Of a stretch of 64,000 nucleotides of DNA, positions 17,632 through 29,624 are shown piece after piece (the first letter of the stretch is position 1; each line of letters opens with the position of its first letter). The position numbers were made by a program, and so were the translations under genes. The notes under the pieces were generated by a model. That model ran no database searches and was not told the origin of the DNA. It saw only the letters and a program-made list of their open reading frames with translations. The DNA comes from the human T2T-CHM13v2.0 reference genome, Homo sapiens, in assembly GCF_009914755.1 (NCBI RefSeq), contig NC_060929.1; one strand, given 5' to 3'.

Positions 17632-19014
17632 AAAGTAAGAGGCTGATTATTTTGAAAATATAACACAGTGACGAGTAGCTTTTAACTCGGTTTTGGTTTG
17701 TTAAGGCCATTCCTTGGGATAAAGGAAACAAGAGGAGGAGGTTGAGAAACAAGCATAAAAACAAGAAATATAAGCAGCAGTATAAGAAAATGAAGAACAC
17801 GATGATGATGATGATAAGATTAGACTGGAAGAAAGGTAAAAGACCAGGTGCAAGAATTAGAAGGCCTGTTATGATACCTTTTTTCCCCTCCCCGATTCAT
17901 GAAATTAAAAAAATCGAAGACTATCAGAACAAAAAACAAGAAAAAAGTAACAAAATTTAGGGGTTGACTATTTGTGTAAGAATGAGGCAATGCTGCCACT
18001 CACAGCTGGCTCAGATGCCAGCAGGAGGAGGGCACCCTCCAGAGACTGCAGGAGAAAAGAGAGGACTCCTCCTTGCCCTGGCTACGCCTCCGTCTGTCAC
18101 CGAGGGCTGCGGTACAGAACCGGCAGCTTCCTACCCATGCCAGGCCAGGCTAGGCCCCAAAGTGCTCCTACTCCCCCTTCCCAGGCCCCAGATTTGCTGC
18201 TGCTGCCACCATTAGCACCGACGCCAACGCAACCAGCAGTGCTGTCACCTTCCATCCACCGGCCCACCCTACAAGGCTCCTACCACCTGGCCAACACGGG
18301 CGCCCTCCTACCACTCCTGCCGAGCTGCAGTCTCCATTGTTGTCGCCACAACCGCAGGAGGCGAGCCACAGAGCTGTGCCATCTGCAAACTCCAGGCTCC
18401 AGCTCACCATAGGTAACTCCTCCTTCACCTCCTCCTCCAGCCTGGCTTGGAGCACCTGGGTGGGCAAAGCCAAAAAACCCCAAAACAGGATGCAGAAAGT
18501 GGCAGCGTTAGAGCCGCACCTAGTCATGCTGGCCACTGGGTGGCAAGGGCTGGTTTCAGTGAAGGCACTCACACCCACCCTCTGAAGTCCAACCTCTCCT
18601 CCTGGCCCAAGCTGGCCTCCTGACCTGGGATGGGGACTGGAGACACCACAGTGCCCGGCGCTCCTTGGGGAGTAGGAACAGCAGAAACTCCGACCCAGCC
18701 AGTCCTCCCCACCCAAGTACCGGTTCTCACTCCTGACTCCACCACCCACAGGGCCCTGAGCCCCTGTGGTGCCCACTATTCCATGCCCAGGGGTCCCAGA
18801 TGGTCTCCACAACACGAACAAAAGGGCGAGGGCTGGGGAACCACAGTGGGTGTGGGGACCCTGCTGTGCTCAGAGAATTGCTGCGAAAACTCTGTGCGCC
18901 TGCCACGCTCCAACACGAGCAGGAGAATTTCACCCTCTACAGCCTTGACTCTAGGAAGAGAAGGGCCCCTTCCTCGGAGGCCACTGCTGTACCGGCCACC
19001 TCCACAACCCACTG

Positions 19015-19770
19015 CCGGCAGCAGCAGTGCAGCGCCTCCAATACCGCCCCAACCTGGCCCCTAGTGCCAGCAGCGTAGCCCTCAGACTGCACCCATGACA
19101 TACCCAGAGCCAGCTGTTGGCAATGTAACCCTGATAGCACCCCCAAACCACCCCTCTGCCGCTGGCAGCGCTGGCAGTGTAGCACCCGATAGTGTCCACA
19201 ACCCATCCCTGCCACAGGCATTGCAGCACCCAATAGCGCCCCCAACCTGCTCTTTCCCCTCTTCCCCCACCCCCGGGCAGCACAGCCCCAGATAGTGCCC
19301 CCAACCTGCTCCCATCACAGGCAGTGAACGCCCGGGATAGTGCACCCAATCAACCACCCCCCCACCTCCCCCCCCTCCCCCAGCAGTGCAGCACCTGACA
19401 GCTCCCCTAAACAGCCCCCGACTGTTGGCTGGCATTGTTGCTGGGATTGTAACCTGGGATAGCTTACCCAACCGGCCCTCTGCCTTGGGCAGTGCAGCAG
19501 CTGATAGCTCCCCTAACCCACCCTCCCCGCCGCCGGCAGTGCACAATAGCTCACACAACCTGCCTCCAACCCCCCCCTCACCCCACCTTGGGCAGTGCAG
19601 GCCCAGATAGCGCAGCCAACCCCTCCCACCACCCACCGCCAGCACCGCAAAGCTGGATAGCACTCCACCACCAGTCCCCCACGGCAGGCAGTGCAGACCC
19701 AACAGCACACCAAATCTGCCTCCCCAGGCAGGCAGTGCAGCCACAGACAGCGAACCTACCCCACCACCTT
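19015..19770 (+). repeat. Degenerate GC-rich tandem array of ~40-50 bp units, consensus approximately GGCAGTGCAGCNNNNGATAGCNCCCCCAACC plus a C-rich spacer
   Basis: About 15 recognisable units, e.g. 'ggcattgcagcacccaatagcgcccccaacc', 'ggcagcacagccccagatagtgcccccaacc', 'ggcagtgcaggcccagatagcgcagccaacc'. Confidence 0.85.
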
Positions 19771-19779
19771 TCTACCACT

Positions 19780-20850
19780 GTAACTGAGCTTCAGTCTCCC
19801 ATCACCACCACCAACCGCAGCCAGGCAGGCCTCAGTGGCAAACGCTCCAGCCTCCAGCATGCACAAGTGGTCCCCGCTTCTCGTCCTCTAGCCGGTCAGG
19901 AGCAGCTCTTCCTGCCGGCCATCCTTCTACCGCTCCGGCCGCCCTCCTACACTCTGCCGCACACTGCATTCTCCCTCACCACCACCAACTGCAGGGAGGC
20001 GAGCCGCGGTGCTGCAAGGCTCCAGCCTCCGGCGTGCAGCACGTGGCTGAGCTCCCCTTCTCCAGGTCCTCCAAGCGGGAAACAAAGTAGCTCTGCTAAC
20101 TGATACACAACAGCCTAAAACGACGGGAGGCCTCCTCAGCATGCACATGGGCTTATGAGAATGGTTTCTAGACTACATATTCTGATTGGATGAGAGAAAA
20201 CCTCTGGGCCTTCTCTGATTGGACTTTATTTTCACACTCTGATTGGTTGTCCTGAGACTTGCTCTCATCCAATCAGAACATGATAATAAAGTCCAATCAG
20301 AGTAGGCCTCTGGTTTTTCTCATATCCAATCAGAACATGTAGTCCAGGAACCTCATATGCATAACCTCTGTGTATAAATAGTGCTGAAGGGGAGTCAGGC
20401 CATTCCAGGCTGTGTCTGCTCGGCGAGCTTCTCTGTGCCCAGCTTAGAGGACCAGGACCAGGGATAGCCACCACCGCATGCTTGAGGCTTATAGCTTTTG
20501 GCACCGCGGCTCGCTTCGCTGTGGTTGGTGGCGGCAGAGACTGCAGTGAAGCTGGAGCGGTAGGAAGGGGAAAATAGTTTTGGGATAGATGGAGGGGTAC
20601 AGAGAGTGCTTAGTGCCAAAGGGAAAAGAGGATGGCGAGCAGGAGAAGGCATTGCAAAAAGACGGTCAGGAAAAATGGTGGGAAAAACAATTGGGGGGGG
20701 GTACGTGGAGGGGGAAAAACGGGTGGTGAACAAGAGGGAGAGAAGGTTTTGCAGAAAGACAGTGGGGAAAACGTTTTTGGGTAGATGGAAAAAGAGTGAT
20801 GAGAGAGTAATGGGGGGTGAGCGGGAGGGAGAGAAGGTTTGCAAAAAATA
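19780..20850. repeat. REP522-like largely palindromic repeat
   Basis: Imperfect palindrome of about 19920-20570 centred at ~20257, followed by a purine-rich tract. The family name is from recall of the REP522 description (palindromic, associated with segmental duplications). Confidence 0.65.
20182..20379 (+). promoter_or_regulatory. Six-CCAAT-box (CTGATTGG/CCAATCAG) symmetric array plus TATAAA box: candidate NF-Y promoter
   Basis: ATTGG at 20185, 20218, 20242; CCAAT at 20269, 20293, 20326; TATAAAT at 20373-20379. Confidence 0.55.
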
Positions 20851-20854
20851 CGGT

Positions 20855-21600
20855 TTTTCTCAAATGCTTTATTTCTGTTGAGATGCTCATATATTTGTTT
20901 TTTATTCTATTAATGAGGTGTTTGCATCCATTGATTTTTCAAATATTAATGGTGCATTCCTGGGGTAAAACACATTTGCATGTAGTGCATTATCTATATG
21001 TTGCTGGAGTTCATTTGGCAGTGTTTTGTTGAATATGTTTGATTTTATAAAACAATGAAAGATACTGGTCTACATTGTTTTGTGATATTGTTTTGGTGTC
21101 AGAGTAATCCTGGCTTTATAAAATGAATTGGGAGGTGTTCTCTCCCCTTTTATTTTCTGCAACAGTTGGTGAACAATTGATATTAATTTCTCAGAGTGTT
21201 TGATAGAATTCACCTGGGAAGCTCCCTGAGATAGGATTTTTATTGTAAGTTTTTAAAATTACTATCTGATCTTTTAACCTTCTGTAGATCTATTTATATT
21301 TTCTATTTCTCTTTTACTCTATTTTAGTTTGTCTCTTTCTAGGACTTCATCCATTCTATCTAGGCTATCTTAATTTTTTTGGCATAAGATTTTCATTGCA
21401 TTCTCTTTTAATCATTTTTGTTTTGTAATACTGGCAGTGATGGTGTTCTTTTTTATTGATGATTTTAGTAATTTGATTCTCTTCTTTTTTTTTCTTGTTT
21501 AGCCTAAATAAACATTTGCCAATTTTGTTATCTTTCCAAACATTTAATTTTGGTTTATTGATGTTCTTTGTTGTTTCATATTCCCTATCTTTCTGTTGGC
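20855..21600 (-). mobile_element. Old L1M ORF2 fragment
   Basis: Antisense L1 motifs such as 'cctggctttataaaatgaattgggaggtgttc' and 'tttgatagaattcacc'. Confidence 0.7.
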
Positions 21601-21939
21601 TTAACTCTTGTGAAATGTTTCTCTTTGTCTTTAGGAAGATTGTATTTGGTTAATAAAATTTAAGTTGATTTTGGAGTATCAACTTTTATGTGAAAGTAGA
21701 AGCATGAATTGGGAAATAATGGGTTCTCAAGTATTTTTTTGGTGGTGGCGGGGGTGGGTGGGGGAACAAAATGAGTATCCATGTAGTCCTTGGTTCCCCA
21801 AATCATTGAGCTAACTTGGTCAAAATAAGTAGCCTCTCATTCCTTATCTCAAGAGGGTGGTCTTGCCTTGCTTGGAGACATTATAGTGAATTCACTTGAT
21901 GTAGTTTCTTTTAATCATATCAATTTACTTCATGTCCCA

Positions 21940-22236
21940 TTTTCTTTTCTTTTTTTTTTGAGACGGAGTCTCACTCTGTCGCCCAGGCTAGAGTGCAGTA
22001 GCGCTTGGCTCACTGCAATCTCTGCCTCCTGGGTTCAAGTGATTCTCCTGCCTCAGCCTCCCGAGTAGCTGGGATTACAGGCACCCGCCACCATGCCCGG
22101 CTAATTTTTGTATTTTTAGTAGAGACAGGATTTCACCATCTTGGCCAGGCTGGTCCTGAACTCCTGACATCATGATCCACCCGCCTCAGCCTCCCAAAGT
22201 GCTGGGATTACAGGCGTGACCCATGGCGCCCAGCCC
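21940..22236 (-). mobile_element. AluS-type SINE
   Basis: Reverse-complement Alu flanked by 'catgtcccatttt'. Confidence 0.93.
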
Positions 22237-23024
22237 ATGTCCCATTTTCAACCAGTTATTGTACCTGGAATGATTGCTAGAATCACATTCCATCTCGCAC
22301 AGGTAAATAAGTGAATTCTGTCATTTAATATCTAAATTATATATGTTTATTTACATATACATATATTTTACTTGTAATTCAATGAAGGTAAAGCTTTGTT
22401 ATGCTCTGTGTAAAATATGCTGTCTATATTCTCATGATAGTAAAGAATAAATTGAGTAATTGAATGTATTTGAATTTTACATATATTCTCCATTGAGTAA
22501 GAGAAATAAAATCTTAGTACTTGATTTAGTAAATTCCTACATTAAATTCCTAATTTAAATTAAGATGTTTCTTAGCAGAAACAAAGTTTATCTTAACGGG
22601 ATGATAATTCACTAGTTTACCTCTGACGAGCATTGGCTAGTATTTATTATGAAATTACGCAGCACCAAAATACAATAGAATACAATTATTTAAAACACAA
22701 AAAATATTTTATTGATTAATTCAGACATCAGATGTTTACATTATAAAATCAAATTATTTTGGGGGTTTTGTTTTTGTTTTTAGGATATTAGCAAATATTA
22801 ACAAACGTGAACCATAGTAAAAGTTGTAACACTTGAACATTCCGTTTTCAAATAAACTAAATTTATGTGTCAGATTGAAAAGCTTTTAGATGAGCGATTT
22901 ATTTTTCTGTCTGTGTCCAAATATTTGTATATCATGTAGACAGCCCAAGAAAATATGCAGATATGTAAGCCATTGAATAGAATGGTAAAGAACACATTCT
23001 TAAAAGAAAGAAGAGAATAAGCAT

Positions 23025-23925
23025 CCGAACCATTTTGCATTCTCACTAGCAATGTAAAAGGATTTGTTTCTCCGCATATTTATCACTTGTTATTTTACAT
23101 TTATTTTGATTGTATCCTAGTAGGTGTGAAATAGTACCTTGTTGTTGTTTGATTTGTATTTCCGTAATGACTAGTGATGCTGTATACTACATATATCTAT
23201 GTACACATATACATATATATATATACTTATATTTATGCACATACACATATATAGCTTGTATACCTTGTTTGGAGAAATATCTATTCAAATTATTTGCCCA
23301 TTTTTTAATTTGTTGTTTGCCTTTTAGTTTTTGAGTCATAAGTATTCTTTGTATATTCTGGATACTAGATTATCATCAGATACATGGCTTGACAAATATT
23401 TTTTCTCGTGCTTAGGTGGTTGTTTTAGTCTGTCTGGACTACTATAATAAAACCCATAGATTGGGTGGTTTATAAACAACAGGAATTTATTTCTCACAGT
23501 TCTAGAGGTTGGGAAGTCCAAGATCAAAGCACTTGCAGATTCAGTGTCTGGGGAGGGCCTGCTCCATCATAGATGGCTGTGTTTTCACTGTAACCTTGCA
23601 TGGCAGAAGGGGCAAGGAAGCTCTTTGGGTCCTATTCTATAAGGGAACTAATCTCATTCGTAAGTGCAGAGCCATCATGACTTAATCTCCTTCCCAAAAC
23701 ACCACCTCTGAATACTATCACATTGGGGGTGAAGATTTCAGCAATTTTGGAGAAACATAACCCTTCAGACTGTAGTACTTGTCTTTTACCTTTCTTGATA
23801 ATGTCCTTTGATGCAAAAAAGTTTTTAATTTTGATGAAGTCCAACTTATTTTTTCTTGTGTTACTCTTGCTTTGGATGTGGTATCTAAGAATACATTGCA
23901 AAATCCAAGGTCATGAAGATTTATA
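23025..23925 (-). mobile_element. L1M 3' fragment interrupted by a MaLR (MLT1A/MST-like) LTR at about 23420-23775
   Basis: L1 'ttggagaaatatctattcaaattatttgcccatttt'; MaLR 'tgttttagtctg...aggaatttatttctcacagttctagaggttgggaagtccaagatcaa'. Confidence 0.75.
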
Positions 23926-24355
23926 TATACATACATATAAGTGTGTGTATGTATATGTATATACACACATATATATGTGCATGTGTGTGTATATATATAT
24001 TTTTTTTTTTCTTTTTTCTGAGAAGGAGTCTCTCTCTGTCACCCAGGCTGGAATGCGGTGGTGCAATCTCGGCACCACTCCCAAATAGCTAAGATTACGG
24101 ATTACAGGCGTGCACCACCACACCTGGCTAATGTTTCCTTCCTCTTCTTATTCAGTAAAGACTGAGCTCACATCCTACTGCATACTTTACCACCTACAGA
24201 AGTTTGTTATAATTGCAAAAAGAAAAGATTAGTAATGACCATATATAGTAAAACAAACAGGAACTACAAAAACAGGACCAGGAAAAGATATGGAACATGT
24301 GGAAAGAATAGAACCAGTCAGGAGCAGTTTATATTTCTGACCGAACTGCATTTTA

Positions 24356-25032
<677 letters not shown>

Positions 25033-25494
25033 ACTCCAAACATGACATCCTGGAAAAGGCAAAACTAGGCAGCATAAAGAATTTTTAGGGTAGTGAAACA
25101 TCCTGTATGACTGTAATCGTGGATACACGTCATCATGCATCTGTCAAAATCCATGAAACGTACAACCCAAGGAGTAAACCCTAACATAAAAGATGGACTT
25201 TGGTGAATGATAATGTACTGATATTGGCTCAGTAATTTGAATATGTACCATACTTAGAAAGATGTTCATAAAGAGAAAACCGTGAGGGGAAGGGTATGTG
25301 GAAACTGTACTTTCAGCTCAATTTTTCTATAAACTTAAAACTGTTCAAAAAAGGCATATTAATTTTTTTAATATCCTAATAGAGGATCAGAGGATGGGCA
25401 AACAAAGCCTGGGCAAAACATGGCAGAAAAAGCACAAAATACAACAAAAAAATAAATCTTTTTCCAGTAAGTTGTTGTTGTTGCTCTAAGTAAC

Positions 25495-25640
25495 TGGTGC
25501 AGTGATTCTAGTCGGTGACTAGCGATTCCAGTCGGTGGCTAGCGATTCCAGCTGGTGGCTAGCGATTCCAGCTGGTGGCTAGCGATTCCAGCTGGTGGCT
25601 AGCGATTCCAGCTGGTGGCTAGCAATTCTAGTTGGTGACT
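25495..25640 (+). repeat. 20-bp minisatellite, about 7 copies (AGCGATTCCAGCTGGTGGCT)
   Basis: Four identical central units at 25541-25620 with diverged flanking units. Confidence 0.95.
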
Positions 25641-27301
25641 GAGATTTACAGGTTGAAGGGGGGGATCAAGTAGAAGCTGGAGGATGGTCTGAAAGAGGGA
25701 GAGGGGCGTTGTTCAGGCAGAAGTGGGTTGGATCCTGACTCTACCACTCAGTATGCCACATGTCAAAGAGAAACAAAATCAGTCTCCAATTACAGGGGTA
25801 AGGGAAGATTTTCATCAGTACCAACTGTTGCACTGGGGAAGAATCCAGCCTGAGCTGGACTGAACTTGGATTTGTAGAGGTGACTTTGAGTTTCAAAGGG
25901 AGAATGAGGGAATAAGGAAGGGGTTGGGGGGCGCTCAGTAGAGTCAGGAAGGTGACAAATTGCAAAGGGTTGGTTGAGTGCTGTTGGCCCCAGTGCTGCT
26001 CCCGGTCTGGAAACTGTCATCCTCCCAGAGGGACGGGAGACAGAGGCCTTGTCCCAGGTGCCAGCCAGAACAAACTACATCCCTTTGGCAGCATCCAGTT
26101 TTCTCAGGCAGGCAACTAAGGGGCGCCCGCGTTATCTGAGGGGTGTGGCCTCCAGCGCTGGTAACTGTTAGTGTTTGCTGAAGTCTCCATAGGCCAAGGC
26201 TGGGTGGGGCCTGGTGGAGAACGGGGCTCAGAGGGGCCTGGCTGGAGTCCGGTCCAGGACGTTCTTTGTCAAGAGAGCGAGTTAACCGGGCCCTGGGAGC
26301 CTCCATTTTCCCTTGCATATCTGTGAGGAGCAAGAGATGACGTGATCCAGGAGCCTCCCGGCTCCACATCCCACAGACGCCCTTTCTGATAAAGGAGCCG
26401 GGCGGGCACCGCGACTGCGCCCACTGGAGGCCCTGAAGTAGCAAGGCTCCTGGAGCGCGTCCTGCGCTGGAGTCCTGGAGGATGCCACAGATCTGGAGGG
26501 GGTGGTGGGGTCCTGTCCCAGACTCGCCTTAAACGCTGCGAGGACAACGACCCCCCCAGCCCGCCTCCACCCTCCAGCCTGCCTCAGGCAGGAGGCGCAG
26601 TAGTCCCCTCTGCAAGCTGCAGATTCCCCACCCTGGCTCCAACTGACCATAGTTGAAATCGAGCTGGAGGCGACAACAACATCCTAGAAACCTGAGTCCC
26701 CGCCTCAGGGTATTGATGCCCTTTACTGATTGTAAAGCCAGTGTGGAACTCTGCAGCCTTGGCTCAGAAACGCAGCTGCTGAGTGTCCTGGAGCAGGTGC
26801 GACCAGAGGACATTGGCAGGGGAGCAGTGCCTCCTGGTGGTCAGTGCATGCTGGCCTCAGTGACGGGAGAACCTTAAGGCTGGTGACATTCAGTACCCAA
26901 GCAGGCAAATCACAGAGGTGGCTGGGGGTGTGCAGGGCTAATGGGCAAACTAGAGCAATGGAATAATGTCTTTCCTCTCAGACAGGGAAACGTTTTAAAA
27001 ATAGATAATGCTCAGGGCTGGCGGGGGCACACGGAAACTGGCACTGCCATACACTGCCAGAGGAGAAAGGAAAGTGGGTGCTGGCCCTGGGAGAGGTTTC
27101 TTGGTTTGTTTTGTTTTGTTTTTGAGGGGTAGTTTGTTTTTTTGCAGAGGCAGGGTCTCACTATGTTGCTTAGGTTGGTCTCGAACTCCTATCCTCAAGT
27201 AATCCTCGAGCCTTGAGTTCCCAAAGTGCTGGGTTACAGGCATGAGCCACCAGGCCCGGTCCCTGAGAGCCTTTGGGAACTAGGAATCAAAAGTCTTTCT
27301 C

Positions 27302-29195
27302 TGGGGTGGGGCAGGGGGTGCGGTGTACGTGTGCAGGGGTTTCGAAACTTTGTGGCTTGGCCGTGGATCTCATGGCGTGAGAGTCTCACCTCAGTTTCAT
27401 GGGCGAGATTGGCCCTTGTGGAGTTTGAGTCCAACCCAGAAGAAACAAGGAAGCCTGGGTCTTCTCCAAGTGTTGCAGCAAGCTGGCCTGGGGTCCCCCC
27501 AAAGGTAGCCAGAGACAAGCCCAGGATCACCCAGTCTGCAGCAGGGTGCAAAGGTTTGGGGGTCCCCCACAAAGGCAGCCAGAGCCAAGCCCAGGGTCCC
27601 CCGAGCATCAGCAAGATCTACACCTGGAGTCACCTCAAAGACAGCCAGAGTCTAGCTCCAAATCCCCACAATGTCAGCCAAAGCCAAGTGAGGAGAAACC
27701 ACGGTGTTCTCAGGGCCAGGGAGAACCAGCCTCCGAGTGGGCCCAGAGTCCAGAGGAGCTGACTCGGGGGGTGGGGGTGGCATGAGCACCTATACCCGGG
27801 CCCAGGATCACCAGAGCCTTACCCCAGTCAGCAGGTGCCGAGTTCAGAGCCGTCACGGCCAGTACGGGAGCTGACACCCAAGGCACCTGGCTCCCTGCTG
27901 GGGTCAGCAGGAGCCAAGCAAGCTGCCTCTGGCTGGGGAGAGGTAACAGGCGGCCATGGGGCAAAGAAGGAAAAAGGTTCTTCAGCCCAGGCTCCAGTAT
28001 CCAAGAAGTCGAAGGAGGAGGAGGAGGAGTTTCCTGTAATCCAGAAGGGGAAGCCCACATTGCGGGAGGATGTGGAAGGACTACTGCAAGAAAAAGTTAT
28101 CCCAGATGGTTCAGGACAAGCCCCTGCACACATCCTGGCAGTGGAAGATGAAGGAACAGCAGGAAAGGAAGCTTGCCAAGGATTCTGCCCCTAACCTGGA
28201 GGAGGAGAAGGAAAGGCACTGCCAGGAGAAGAAACAGCGCTGGGCCCAAGAACCTGAAACATCACCTATAGAACGAGTGGAAGGCAGAGATTGTCCAAGT
28301 GATCCAAAGCCCCACCAAGCTCAAGCTGGTGAGGACACAGCAGCTGTGCTCCACTGAGAAGCGGGACACCCTGCCCCTGCTGCAGAAGCAGCCATCCCAG
28401 CAGCCAGCAGGCGAGGTCTGAGCTCAGGACGGCCCCGAGGCCCTCTATGGCCAGCAACCATGTCAGACACAGCACCTCAAGCCACTGGCCAGATGCCTCT
28501 GCTGGAGTCAGCACTCCAAACCTATGGCTGCAAAATGGTGACCCCCACCCTGGCCAGGGCTCCTGGGCCTTTGACGTCTTTTAGGCCGGTCTGTGTGGGA
28601 CAGAGGCCCAGGGGGGTCTGGGATCTGGCAGAGATGGGGGTGAGAAGAGATTCAGCCCCCTCCCTTCTTCCTCTCCTTCTCCAAGTGCCTTCAGACCAAG
28701 AACAGTATATTCTTCGGTTCCTCAGTGAGCTGGCGACTAGCAGGTGACTCCCACAGATGTTGTATGTCCTGTCTCAGGGTCCTAGGTCCAACCCAGGCCC
28801 AAAGGCTGGCAGTCAGGAATCCAGCTTCCCCTACACTTTCCCAAAGGCTGCTCTGAGCACCTCTGCGCCCCACTGGCTCTGTCTTCGAGCAAACTGAATC
28901 CACCTCCTCCCCACTTTTCAACACTGAAAGATGAAAATGGGGAGATTGCAGGGAGCAGTTTCTCCCTAGCACCCTCTTGCCCAAACCAGACTCCTCAGAA
29001 GCATCAAAGATCTAACTCATGTCTACCCAGTCTACAACGAAAATATTTATTGAGTGTCTGTTGCATACAGGTACAATTCGAGTCACCAGGGAATACAGAC
29101 AATAGACCAAAGTCCCTCCCCTCAATGAGCTTTCATTCTGATGGAGAGAAAACATAGTAAACAAGCAAAATGTGTCATGTGTCAAAAAAAAAAAA
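27302..29195 (+). pseudogene. Full-length processed pseudogene of CCDC86 (cyclon): 5'UTR, disrupted CDS (start decayed to GTG 27363, stop TGA 28419-28421), 3'UTR and poly(A)
   Basis: Intronless. Peptides [87 protein letters not shown] and [13 protein letters not shown] match CCDC86 as recalled, in shifting frames. AGTAAA at 29156, A12 at 29184-29195, TSD AAAAGTCTTTCTC at 27289-27301 and 29192-29204. Confidence 0.93.
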
Positions 29196-29291
29196 GTCTT
29201 TCTCCAAATGCATACACTTTGATCTAGCTATTCCACTTGTAGGAATTTATTTGTAAGACTGTATAAAGTATATACAGAGTCTTATAGTATA

Positions 29292-29624
29292 AGGTGTAGA
29301 TCTTGCTGATGCTGGGGGGACCCTGGGCTTGGCTCTGGCTGCCTTTGTGGGGGACCCCCAAACCTTTGCACCCTGCTGCAGACTGGGTGATCCTGGGCGT
29401 GACTCTGGCTGCCTTTTGGGGGACCCCAGGCCAGCTTGCTGCAACACTTGGAGGAGACCCAGGGTTCCTTGTTCTGGGTTGGACTCGAACTCCACAAGGG
29501 CCAATCTCATCCGTGAAACTAAGGAGGCTCTCGGGCCACGAGATCCATGGCCAAGCCACAAAGTTTCCAAACCCCTGCACACGTACACTGCCACCCCCCA
29601 ACCCCAGAAAAAGACTTGTGATTC
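29292..29624 (-). repeat. Inverted duplicate of the CCDC86 pseudogene 5' end plus its left TSD (copy of about 27284-27625)
   Basis: The reverse complement aligns base by base with 27284-27625 and keeps the ATG (+ strand cat 29546-29548). Confidence 0.95.

Noticed and set aside
17964-20148. Pro/Gly-rich ORFs up to 220 aa
   Set aside because: They arise from GC-rich tandem and palindromic repeats, occur in all frames and have no recognisable domain.
25495-25640. CRISPR-like appearance of the 20-bp repeats
   Set aside because: No unique spacers and eukaryotic context; it is a minisatellite.
26653-26877. SCAN-domain-like words (ELC...VLEQ...PED)
   Set aside because: The spacing and the conserved Trp residues of SCAN are absent.
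29292-29624. Twin-priming explanation for the inverted CCDC86 piece
   Set aside because: It lies outside the TSD pair, duplicates sequence rather than inverting it, and includes the genomic flank.
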